A program made the position numbers and the translations under genes. A stretch of 64,000 nucleotides of DNA from an uncultured Acidobacteriota bacterium (GTDB taxonomy: Bacteria; Acidobacteriota; UBA6911): the NCBI GenBank assembly GCA_963843575.1, contig CAWJKZ010000024.1, forward strand, positions 128,001-192,000, read 5' to 3'. The notes under the pieces were generated by a model, which was not told where the DNA came from, ran no database searches, and saw only the letters and a list, made by a program, of their open reading frames with translations. Below, in pieces: positions 20,102-28,748 of the stretch (position 1 is its first letter; the number at the start of each line of letters is the position of its first letter).

Positions 20102-21298
20102 ATGAATGTCCTCGAATCCGTCACCTTCATCTACCAGAGCCTGATGGCGAACAAGATGCGCGCCGGGTTGACCATGCTCGGGATGGTCATCGGGACCGCC
20201 TCGATCATCCTGGTCGTCACGATCGCCCTCACCGGGCGGGAGTACATCCTGCAGCAGATCGAAGGGGTGGGCTCCAACCTTATCTACCTGTATTACGAGG
20301 CCGGCGGGACGGTGTCGGGCAGCAAGACCCTCTCCGACGACCTCACCGTCGGGGACATGACGGCGATATCGGAACTGGTCGGCGTGTCCTACGCCACCGC
20401 GATCGTGGTCAACAACGACCACCTGGTCATCGACGGCAAGGAGCGGCAGATCTCGGTGATCGGCACGACCCCCGACTACCTGCCGGTGCGGAACCTGAGG
20501 ATCCTCTCGGGCCGGTTTTTCGACAGGTCGGACGACCGCTCCTTCGGGAAGGTCTGCGTTCTCACCGAGGAACTCGCCCGGCGGCTCTTCGGCAGCCTCG
20601 ACGTGGCGGGAAAGCACATCAAGCTTTTCCAGGTCCGGTTCGAAGTCATCGGCGTTTTTCGCGAAGGGGTCGAGACGTTCGGGACGTCCGAGGTGTCGCT
20701 TTACTCCGCCGTCCTGCCGCTGTCGGTCATGCAGCAGTTCAACATGAGCGACAAGGTGGACCTGATCTACGCGTCGGCCCGCACGGCCGACCTCGTCCCG
20801 GCGACCACACGGCGCATCGGGGAACTGCTCGAGACCCGCCACCGGACCGGCGCCGCCTACCGCATCGAAAACCTTGCCGAGATACTGAGCGCGGCCGCCC
20901 GCATCGCAACGGCCATCACCCTCGTCCTGTTTCTGATCGGGACCATCTCGCTCGTCATCAGCGGGATCGGCATCATGAACATCATGCTCGTCACGGTTAC
21001 CGAGCGCACGCGCGAGATCGGCCTCAAGATGGCCGTGGGGGCGCGGCGCCGCGAGATCCTCCTGCAGTTCCTCGCCGAGGCGGTCTTCATGGCGACCGCC
21101 GGCGGCGTGCTCGGGATCCTGGTCGGCGTCTCCGGCCCGCTGGCGGCCAAGTGGCTGGCCGGGTTCGATGTGCCCGTTTCCTGGGTGTCCATCGTGATCG
21201 CGTTCATGCTGTCCTTCGTGGTCGGGGTAACCTTCGGGATGATTCCGGCCAACCGTGCCGCAAAGCTGAATCCGACGGAGGCATTGAGGTATGAGTAA
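20102..21298 (+). CDS. MacB/FtsX-like ABC transporter permease
   Basis: RAGLTMLGMVIG, GIGIMNIMLVTVTERTREIG, PANRAAKLNPTEALRYE; no NBD. Confidence 0.93.
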   Translation: MNVLESVTFIYQSLMANKMRAGLTMLGMVIGTASIILVVTIALTGREYILQQIEGVGSNLIYLYYEAGGTVSGSKTLSDDLTVGDMTAISELVGVSYATAIVVNNDHLVIDGKERQISVIGTTPDYLPVRNLRILSGRFFDRSDDRSFGKVCVLTEELARRLFGSLDVAGKHIKLFQVRFEVIGVFREGVETFGTSEVSLYSAVLPLSVMQQFNMSDKVDLIYASARTADLVPATTRRIGELLETRHRTGAAYRIENLAEILSAAARIATAITLVLFLIGTISLVISGIGIMNIMLVTVTERTREIGLKMAVGARRREILLQFLAEAVFMATAGGVLGILVGVSGPLAAKWLAGFDVPVSWVSIVIAFMLSFVVGVTFGMIPANRAAKLNPTEALRYE

Positions 21299-22604
21299 AA
21301 CCGCTGGGATTCTCGTTCTGCTGCTCGCCGCGTGCGCCGCCGCCCCCGTCAGGGGGGCGCAGGCCCCGGGACCGGGCTCCACCGTCACCTTGACACTCGA
21401 AGACACCCTGCGACGCGCGCTCGCGCGCGCCCCGGAAGCCGCCCTGGCCCGGGCACAGGCCGACAGGGCCGTCGCGGCGGTCCGCGAGACAAGGTCGGCC
21501 AACCTCCCCCAGATCCTCACCGGGACCGGGCTTGCCTACAACAACGGTTTTCCGCTAAGCATCGAAGGATCCGCGCCTTCCCTGTTTCAGGTCGGCTTCA
21601 CGCAATCGATACTCAGCCGACGCAACAAGAACCTGATTCTCGAGGCCGAGCAGAGCCGCGACGCCAGCCGCATCGCGCCCGAGGCCGCCGAAAACGACCT
21701 CGCCGCACGCTGGGCCCTGGTCTATTACGCGCTGCACCACGCGCGCAAGGCGGAGGCGCTCTGGGAGGCGCGCGTGCAGTCGGCCGTCGAGCAGCAGCGC
21801 ATCGCCGCCAGCAAGCTCGAAGCCGGGAAAATCCGCCCCGTCGACGTGACCCTGGCCGAGGCGGCCGTATTGGAGTCGGGCCAGCAAGCCTTGGTCGCCC
21901 GCGAACAGGCACGAGTGGCCGAATCGGAACTCAGGGCTGCGGTCGGCTTGCCCGACGGAACGCGCCTGCGAACCGTCGAGCCGCAATTCGACCCGACCCC
22001 GGCGTCCGGGTCGCCCGAAGAGCTGTACCGCCGCGCGCTCGAGGCCCACCCGGAGGTGCGCCAGGCCGAAGCCCGATTGCGCGCCCGCGAGCTACACGTC
22101 GAAGCCGAAAAAGGGGAATTCCGTCCGCGCCTGGAACTCGTGAGCCAGTACGCGCTGTTCAGCCGGACCAACAACTACCAGGATTTCTTCAACCGCTTCA
22201 CCCGGAATAATTTCCTGTTCGGCCTCTCGGTCCAGGTCCCCGTGTTCGACGGCTTCCGGTCCAGCGCCCGCGTCGCGCAAAGCCGCCAGGAGGCTGCCGA
22301 GTCCCGCCTGGAGCTGGAGCGGCTGCAGAATGAACTCCGCCTCGGCATAGAACGCGCCGTGAGCGCCCTGTCCATCTCCCGCGGTGCACGCCAGCTCGCC
22401 GACCGCCAGCTGTCCGCCGCAAGGCAGTTGCTCGCGGTCAACGAATCCCTGTTCGAAGGGGGCCGCATCGCCCCCGGGGAACTCGACGAGGCGCGCACCC
22501 AGGTGCGCGAAAAGGAACTCGCCGAGCTGGAGGCGAGGCGCGCCCTGTTCGAACGGGGTATCGAACTGCTGCGGGTGACGGGGAATATGAAGTCAATACT
22601 ATGA
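21291..22604 (+). CDS. TolC family outer membrane efflux protein
   Basis: Signal peptide, LTLEDTLRRAL, HPEVRQA, GLSVQVPVFDG. Confidence 0.88.
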   Translation: MSKTAGILVLLLAACAAAPVRGAQAPGPGSTVTLTLEDTLRRALARAPEAALARAQADRAVAAVRETRSANLPQILTGTGLAYNNGFPLSIEGSAPSLFQVGFTQSILSRRNKNLILEAEQSRDASRIAPEAAENDLAARWALVYYALHHARKAEALWEARVQSAVEQQRIAASKLEAGKIRPVDVTLAEAAVLESGQQALVAREQARVAESELRAAVGLPDGTRLRTVEPQFDPTPASGSPEELYRRALEAHPEVRQAEARLRARELHVEAEKGEFRPRLELVSQYALFSRTNNYQDFFNRFTRNNFLFGLSVQVPVFDGFRSSARVAQSRQEAAESRLELERLQNELRLGIERAVSALSISRGARQLADRQLSAARQLLAVNESLFEGGRIAPGELDEARTQVREKELAELEARRALFERGIELLRVTGNMKSIL

Positions 22605-22613
22605 AGGTTTTGC

Positions 22614-22645
22614 AGATTCTTTGAGCTCTTAGAGACTTGGAGGTG
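22614..22645 (-). repeat. Arm of CTCGAAG-type palindromic repeat (family D)
   Basis: Reverse complement CACCTCCAAGTCTCTAAGAGCTCAAAGAATCT matches 44312-44343 at 26/32. Confidence 0.7.
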
Positions 22646-23461
22646 CGGCGGGCCTATTCTCAAAGTGGAGACTCTGGCGGTAAACGCAACGCCAGGCCTA
22701 TGTCTTTGACAGAGACTCCGCCTTGTCCGTTCCCGACTGGCGCTTTCCCTCCAACATGGCACTGTGGCGACTTTGCAGGGATCGTTTTACGCCACGGGAC
22801 GGATCATGATGTCGTTACTCGCTCATCGTCGTACCCCTCTTTGAAACGCAAACAGTGTTGTGCCACCACCGCCACCTTGCGCGCCAGGTTCCGCTTCAAG
22901 CGTTCAGGCGATACGCCGGCCTCCAGCCCGTCGCGCCACATCCGGGTCAGCGCATTGTCCGCCTCCGGCCGGGACGCGATCGCGGCAGCGGCCGTCATCA
23001 GGACATTCTTGGTGTAGCGGTTGCCCTGGCGGGACGCTCCCCGATGACCTTTCCCATCCGACTCATGCTTTCGTATCCCCACCCCGCAGTACTGCCACAG
23101 CTGGCGTTTGTTCCTCAAACGCCAGCCGTCTTCAAGTTAGGCAATCAGGGTACACGCCCCGATAAATCCCACTCCGGGTACCGTTTTCAGACGGAGCTCC
23201 TGTTCCCGAAAGGGTTTGACCAGTTCCCTCAGGATATTGATGTGGGCCGCCTTCCTGCCCCGGAAAGATCCACTTCCCGTGTCCGGACCTTCTTGTACTC
23301 CACCTCCCGGCCGCGGTCGTTCAATACGCTGATGTGAGTTGTTGAGCTGTGTCCGTCCAATCCTATATGCTTCATCTAGGGCCTCCGGTTTCATGGTTGC
23401 CAAGGAATCCGATCCTTGCCGGTAACCATGTCAGTTTACCGCGAGGCCCGTTCTGTCATAG
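22646..23461 (-). mobile_element. Internally deleted IS110-family element (boundaries approximate)
   Basis: Transposase remnant with ~86-nt upstream and ~158-nt downstream non-coding ends, between two inverted family-D arms; visibly lower GC than flanking genes. Confidence 0.75.
22804..23375 (-). pseudogene. IS110 transposase pseudogene
   Basis: ATG 23375 with GGAGG RBS: MKHIGLDGHSSTTHISVLNDRG (DEDD N-terminus), joined out of frame near 23260 to LKTVPGVGFIGACTLIA*LEDGWR..LWQYCGV..HESDGK..SRQGNRYTK..LARKVA (Transposase_20); in-frame TAA at 23137-23139. Confidence 0.88.
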
Positions 23462-23463
23462 TT

Positions 23464-23503
23464 TCTCGAAGGCTCGAAGAATCTCGAAGGCTCGAAGAAT
23501 CTC
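23464..23503 (+). repeat. Family D arm with perfect 18-bp tandem duplication
   Basis: TCTCGAAGGCTCGAAGAA x2 (23464-23481, 23482-23499) then TCTC. Confidence 0.85.
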
Positions 23504-24377
23504 AGAGAGGAATCCTCTGCGGTTTGTAGCGCATCGCGAGTGCTCGCACCGCGATGGCGGCTTTTTCGGGGCCGGACAGGCGTACGCTCGTCCCGAACAC
23601 GTCGTAACGCCTGCGGATGATTTTCTTCAGGATGCGCCCGTAGATTTCCATCATCGCCCAGAGTGCCGGCCGGCTTGCCGGCTCGATCATGGGCAGGAGC
23701 CTGCGCCCGTTTGCGTAATACTGGGCTGCGCGGGCGCTCTCGAAGCTCATGAGGCTGCGGAACCGCTCGTCGACCAGGGCGCGCTTCAGGTCCTCGGGGG
23801 GGTAGCCGAAGCGTTCCAGGTCCTCGAGCGGCAGGTAGATGCGGCCCATGGCGGCGTCTTCCTTGAGGTCTCTGAGGATGTTGGTGAGCTGGAAGGCGAT
23901 GCCGCAGTGTTCGGCGTGTTCCTTGGCGCACTCCTGCGCGAACCCGAAGATCTGCAGGCAGACGAGCCCGACCGAGGAGGCCACGTTGAAGCAGTAGCGG
24001 TAGAGGTCCTCGAAGGTCCGATAGCTGTCGATGTCGAGATCCATTTCGGCGCCGTCGATAATCCAGTGGAAGTACCGGGCGGGGATGGCGAAGCGCTCCA
24101 GGGTGTCGTAGAAGGCGGGCAGGATGGGGTCTGCCCCGAGGTCCCCGCGGAGCGCGGCGTCGAGCCGGTCGCGCCAGCGGCGCAGGAGGGCGCGCTTCTG
24201 GGCGACGGCCTCGGTGCCGTCGGATATGTCGTCGCAGTAGCGCATGAAGGCGTAGACGGCGCAGAGGCCGCGGCGCTTTTCCGGGGGGAGCACGACGAAG
24301 GAGTAGTAGAAGTTCCGGGCGCGGCTGCGGGCGACGGTTTCGGCGCAGCGGTAGGATTGTGCGAGTTCTGAGTTCAT
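23502..24377 (-). CDS. hpnD: Squalene/phytoene synthase family, presqualene diphosphate synthase HpnD-like
   Basis: NFYYSF, YAFMRYCDDISD, QLTNILRDLKEDA, GRIYLP; hopanoid neighbourhood. Confidence 0.82.
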   Translation of the reverse strand: MNSELAQSYRCAETVARSRARNFYYSFVVLPPEKRRGLCAVYAFMRYCDDISDGTEAVAQKRALLRRWRDRLDAALRGDLGADPILPAFYDTLERFAIPARYFHWIIDGAEMDLDIDSYRTFEDLYRYCFNVASSVGLVCLQIFGFAQECAKEHAEHCGIAFQLTNILRDLKEDAAMGRIYLPLEDLERFGYPPEDLKRALVDERFRSLMSFESARAAQYYANGRRLLPMIEPASRPALWAMMEIYGRILKKIIRRRYDVFGTSVRLSGPEKAAIAVRALAMRYKPQRIPL

Positions 24378-24410
24378 GCCCGGTCGCCTGCGGGAAGCGG
24401 ACAATGGCTG

Positions 24411-25472
24411 TTAGGGAATGATGGCGATCTTCAGATCCCCGTTTCGGTTCAGGAGCCGTTCCAGGACGTTGCGCAGGGAGTCGAGCCGCTCCTCGCCCGT
24501 GATCAGGGACGATGCGCGCAGCTCGCCGCGGTGGATGACCTCGAGGGCCTCACGGATGTGGCGCGGCGTGTGATGGAAGCTGGCCTTGATCGTGATTTCC
24601 GAATAATGGATCAGGGTGGTGTCGAGCGGGATGTGGGTGCCTGAGGGGCAGCCGCCGAACAGGTTGATGGTTCCGCCCCGGCGCACCATCCCCATTGCCT
24701 GCTGCCAGGTCTCGGTCGTGCCGACCGCTTCGACGACCACGTCGGCGCCGCGCCGGCCGCTGGTGATGCTGCGCACCTGGTCGACGATGTTGCTGTTGGC
24801 CGTACTGAGCACGTGGTCGGCGCCCATCTGGGAGGCGACGGCGAGCTGGTTGCTGCGCTTGCCGGCGGCGATGACGGTGGCGCCGAGCGTCTTGAGCACC
24901 TGGACGAACATCAGGCCGATCGGGCCCATCCCGATGACGACCACCGTGTCCCCCTCGACCACCCCGGTCTCCTCGACGGCGCGCAGGACGCAGGCCAGGG
25001 GCTCGACGAGGGCCGCTTCGTGAAACCCCACTTTTTCCGGGAGGATCAGCAGGTTCTGGCGGACGATGCGCTCCGGGATCTTGATGTACTCGGCATAGGC
25101 CCCGTTGATGAACTGCAGGTCCTCGCAGAGGTTCGCCAGGTGCCGCTCGCAGAAGAAGCACTTGTTGCAGGGGCCCGAGTTGGCCGAAACGACCCGCATC
25201 CCGGGGGTGAAGCTGTCCACGCCGCTGCCGATTTCCTCGACGATCCCGGCGAGTTCGTGGCCGAAGACGGCGGGCGGGACGATCATGCGGGCGTGAAATC
25301 CCTGGCGGTACACCTTCAGGTCCGTGCCGCAGGTCAGGGCCGCCTTGATGCGGACCAGCACTTCGCCGGGACCGACGCGCGGGACCGGTATCTGCTCGAT
25401 CCGGACGTCGCGCTTCCCGTAAAGCACTGCGGCGGTCATCTTCTCTCTGCTGACCTTGATAAGCTCTCTCAT
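24411..25472 (-). CDS. Zinc-binding medium-chain dehydrogenase
   Basis: CGTDLK, GHELAG, CNKCFFC..C, GMGPIG. Confidence 0.9.
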   Translation of the reverse strand: MRELIKVSREKMTAAVLYGKRDVRIEQIPVPRVGPGEVLVRIKAALTCGTDLKVYRQGFHARMIVPPAVFGHELAGIVEEIGSGVDSFTPGMRVVSANSGPCNKCFFCERHLANLCEDLQFINGAYAEYIKIPERIVRQNLLILPEKVGFHEAALVEPLACVLRAVEETGVVEGDTVVVIGMGPIGLMFVQVLKTLGATVIAAGKRSNQLAVASQMGADHVLSTANSNIVDQVRSITSGRRGADVVVEAVGTTETWQQAMGMVRRGGTINLFGGCPSGTHIPLDTTLIHYSEITIKASFHHTPRHIREALEVIHRGELRASSLITGEERLDSLRNVLERLLNRNGDLKIAIIP

Positions 25473-26566
25473 GGCTGTATTATGATCTTCAGCGAAGTTT
25501 CGGAAGGGTGGGACGCGAGCGCGATACCCTCGGCCAGACGCTCCAGGCCCAACCGGTGGGTAATGAGTCTCGCGACGTTGATCCTGCGGCCGAAAACCAG
25601 CGCTGCCGCCTTTTCCTGAAGCTCCACGGACGAACTGTAACTGCCGATCAACTGTTTCTCCTCGACGCACACGCGCGAGGCGTCGACCTGGATCATTTCT
25701 CCCTGCATCGTCTGCGCAAAGAGCAGGACGCGTCCGCCCCGACGCACGATTTTCTGGGCCGAGGCGATGGCCCTTGGGGCGGCCGTGGCCACGATGGCGA
25801 GGTCCGCTCCGCGCCCCTCGGTCAGCCCCGCCACGACGTCCTCGACCTCGTCCAGCTCCGGATTCAGCGCAAACCGGGCTCCCAGCTCGCGGGCCGCCTC
25901 CAGGCGCCGCGGCATCAGGTCGAGCCCGACGACCTCCGCCCCCGCGCACACGGCGGACTGCGTCATGAGCAGGCCGACGGGGCCCTGGCCGAACACGACG
26001 ACGACCTCGCCCCGCCGCAACCCGGCCGTTTCCAGCGCCTTGAGGCACGTGTTGAGAGGTTCGAGAAAGCTGGCCTCCTCGAAGCTGACGTCGTCGGGTA
26101 TCGGGACGATACCGTCCGCCACCACCCAGTCCATCACACGCACGTATTCGGCGAAGCCCCCGCCTGCGGGCTCGAACCCCGCCGTGGTGCCGGTCCGGCG
26201 GTAGACGGCGCATTGCGAGAAGAGCTTCCTTTCGCAGTAAAAACACGAACGACACGGGACGTGGTGGTGCACCACGACGCGGTCGCCCGCCTTGTACCGC
26301 GCGCCGGCGCCCGTCCGGGCCACCGTTCCGGCGATCTCGTGCCCGAAGATGCGGGGCGGCGTCACGAGGCCGTGCTCGATTTTTTTCAGATCCGTGCCGC
26401 AGACGCCGCACGCGCGCACGCGCACCAGGATCTCGCCGGGGCCTATGGCCGGGACGGGGACGTCCTCGATCGACACCTCGTTCGGTCCGCGATACACGGC
26501 CGCCCGCATCTGCGCGGGAATCGTCCGCGGGTCCCGGTTGAGGATTGCGCTCCGGCTCTCTGCCAC
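25469..26566 (-). CDS. Zinc-binding medium-chain dehydrogenase (paralog)
   Basis: CGVCGTDLK, GHEIAG, CRSCFYC..C, GQGPVG; GTG start 26566 uncertain. Confidence 0.88.
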   Translation of the reverse strand: MAESRSAILNRDPRTIPAQMRAAVYRGPNEVSIEDVPVPAIGPGEILVRVRACGVCGTDLKKIEHGLVTPPRIFGHEIAGTVARTGAGARYKAGDRVVVHHHVPCRSCFYCERKLFSQCAVYRRTGTTAGFEPAGGGFAEYVRVMDWVVADGIVPIPDDVSFEEASFLEPLNTCLKALETAGLRRGEVVVVFGQGPVGLLMTQSAVCAGAEVVGLDLMPRRLEAARELGARFALNPELDEVEDVVAGLTEGRGADLAIVATAAPRAIASAQKIVRRGGRVLLFAQTMQGEMIQVDASRVCVEEKQLIGSYSSSVELQEKAAALVFGRRINVARLITHRLGLERLAEGIALASHPSETSLKIIIQP

Positions 26567-26591
26567 GTCCTTGAAGCTCCGTGTCGCGTCG

Positions 26592-27632
26592 TCAGGCCGC
26601 GTCGGGGCGAGGGTTCGAAACTCGTCCCGGCGCGGGGTGCGGCCGCCACTCCGTGCGAAAATACTCCACCGCCTCGCGCAGCGCGTCTTCGACGGGCCCC
26701 GGGCGGTACCCGAGTTCCCGACACGCCTTTTCGCTGCTGACAAACATCTTGTGCCGCGCCATCCGCACCCCGTCGAGGGGTATGAACGGCTCCCGGCGCA
26801 GGATCGTGCCGGTGACAAACTGGTCCATGTACCCGGCCAGCAAGGCCACGGTCCACGGCATCCTGACCGGCGGGGTCCGCCGGCCGCAGATCCGCGACAA
26901 CGTCTCCAGGATCTGGACGAGGGACCAGTTTTCGCCGCCGAGGATATAGCGTTCCCCGACCGTCCCCTTCTCGTCCGCCAGGAGGTGGCCCGTGGCCACG
27001 TCCTCGACCGGGACCAGGTTCAGGCCGGTGTCGACGTAGGCCGGCAGGCGCCCCCGGATGAAGTCCAGGATGATCTTCCCGGTCGGTGTCGGCTTGACAT
27101 CGCCGGAGCCAACCGGCGTCGTCGGATTGACGATCACCACGGGCAGCCCCGATCTGGCGAACTCCAGCGCGACGCGCTCGGCCATGAATTTCGAGCGCTT
27201 GTAGTGCCCGATCATGTCGTCCAGCTCGACCGGGCCGTTCTCGTCAGCCGGCGGTCCCTTGTCGGCCATCCCGATGGTCCCGACCGTGCTGGTGTAGATG
27301 ACACGCTCGACCCCGGCTTCGCAGCACGCCGACAGCAGGTTGCGCGTCCCCGCGACGTTGCTGTCGTAGATCTCCTGCGGGTCCCTGGCCCAGAGACGAT
27401 AATCGGCGGCGACGTGGAACACCCTGCGACAGCCCTGGACACAGCGCACGAGAGAGGGCGCGTCCTTGAGATCGCCGATCACGATCTCGCAGTGCAGCCC
27501 TTCGACGTCCGCCTTCCGGCTGGAGCTCCGGGCCAACAGACGCACCCGGTCGCCGCGCTTCAGCAACTGGCGGACGACGCGTCGCCCCACGAACCCGGTC
27601 GCCCCCGTTACGAATGTCAGGTCGTCTGTCAT
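26592..27632 (-). CDS. hpnA: Hopanoid-associated NAD-dependent epimerase/dehydratase HpnA
   Basis: TGATGFVG, FHVAADYRLW, YKRSK, VNPTTPVGSGDVKPTPTG. Confidence 0.88.
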   Translation of the reverse strand: MTDDLTFVTGATGFVGRRVVRQLLKRGDRVRLLARSSSRKADVEGLHCEIVIGDLKDAPSLVRCVQGCRRVFHVAADYRLWARDPQEIYDSNVAGTRNLLSACCEAGVERVIYTSTVGTIGMADKGPPADENGPVELDDMIGHYKRSKFMAERVALEFARSGLPVVIVNPTTPVGSGDVKPTPTGKIILDFIRGRLPAYVDTGLNLVPVEDVATGHLLADEKGTVGERYILGGENWSLVQILETLSRICGRRTPPVRMPWTVALLAGYMDQFVTGTILRREPFIPLDGVRMARHKMFVSSEKACRELGYRPGPVEDALREAVEYFRTEWRPHPAPGRVSNPRPDAA

Positions 27633-27751
27633 GATTTGCCGCGGCCCGGCTCAGCCTCACCCCCGCATGGAAACATTGAAAACCTAGAAGTATAACCGAA
27701 ACAGACGGCTAATTCCAACGAGTGCCATCCGGCTATCCGGCGCCGGACGGG

Positions 27752-28723
27752 TCACGTCCTTTCCCTGGCGATCTCGGGCGGCAGGGCGAACTCCACGTTC
27801 TCGATGGTATTCCCGAGGCTTTCGACCTGCCCGAATCCGATTTCACCCAGGAAACCGATGACGCGCTCGACGAGTTCCTCGGGAGCCGAGGCCCCGGCCG
27901 TCAACCCGATCACCTGGATTCCGCTCAGCCACTCGAGCCGGATGTCGTCTATGTCGTCGATCAGGTGGGCCCGCACGCCGGCCCCCTCGGCGACCTCCAC
28001 AAGACGCCGCGAGTTCGAGCTGTTGGCCGATCCGACCACGAGGATGAACTCAGCCTGCTGTGCCAGCTCCAGCACGGCCGCCTGGCGGTTCTGCGTGGCG
28101 TAGCAGATGTCCTCCGAGGCGGGCCCCTTAATGTAGGGAAACCTCTCCCGAAGCCTGGAGATCACTTCGCGGGTATCGTCCAGGCTCAGGGTCGTCTGTG
28201 TCAGATACGCCACCTTCTCCGGGTGGGTTACCTCGAGAGCTGGGACGTCATCGACGGAACTCAGGACGTGGATCCGCCCCGGGGCCTCGCCGACGGTCCC
28301 GATGACCTCGTCGTGTTCCTCGTGGCCGATCAGCACGATGCTGTAGTCCTCGCGGGCATACTTCAGCGCCTCGTTGTGCACCTTGGTGACCAGCGGGCAG
28401 GTCGCGTCGATCACCTTGAGGTTGCGCTGCGCGGAGTCCCGGCGCACCTCCGGCGACACCCCGTGCGCGCTGAATATCACGCGCCCGCCCGTGGGTACCT
28501 CTTCCAGCGACTCGACGAAGATGACCCCCTTCTGGCGCAGTTCGTTGACCACGTACTTGTTGTGCACGATTTCGCGCCGGACGTATAGCGGCTGCCCGAA
28601 TTTCTCTAGGGCGATGTTGACGATGTCGATCGCGCGCACCACCCCGGCACAGAAACCGCGCGGGAAAGCCAGCAGCACCTTTCCGCGTGTCGCGGGTAAT
28701 TTACTCCCGTTGCCGTTGTTCAT
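27752..28723 (-). CDS. ispH: 4-hydroxy-3-methylbut-2-enyl diphosphate reductase
   Basis: PRGFCAGV, HNKYVV, DATCPLV, ICYATQNRQ, SSNS, TAGASAP. Confidence 0.96.
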   Translation of the reverse strand: MNNGNGSKLPATRGKVLLAFPRGFCAGVVRAIDIVNIALEKFGQPLYVRREIVHNKYVVNELRQKGVIFVESLEEVPTGGRVIFSAHGVSPEVRRDSAQRNLKVIDATCPLVTKVHNEALKYAREDYSIVLIGHEEHDEVIGTVGEAPGRIHVLSSVDDVPALEVTHPEKVAYLTQTTLSLDDTREVISRLRERFPYIKGPASEDICYATQNRQAAVLELAQQAEFILVVGSANSSNSRRLVEVAEGAGVRAHLIDDIDDIRLEWLSGIQVIGLTAGASAPEELVERVIGFLGEIGFGQVESLGNTIENVEFALPPEIARERT

Positions 28724-28748
28724 AGGCTCCCCGAGCTGCGGAATCATT

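Noticed and set aside
18935-21520. Long antisense or alternate-frame ORFs (also 42552-44543, 50399-52423, 791-2140)
   Set aside because: Shadows of real genes in high-GC DNA with no recognisable motifs
22674-22695. GGTAAACGCAA hairpin as a c-di-GMP riboswitch
   Set aside because: No second stem/receptor or downstream gene in that orientation; better explained as part of the IS110 non-coding end
23464-23503. Tandem 18-bp repeat as a CRISPR array
   Set aside because: Two adjacent units, no spacers, and no cas genes in the window
23502-24377. Carotenoid crtB assignment
   Set aside because: No crtI or other crt genes nearby; hpnA context favours HpnD, though family-level ambiguity remains
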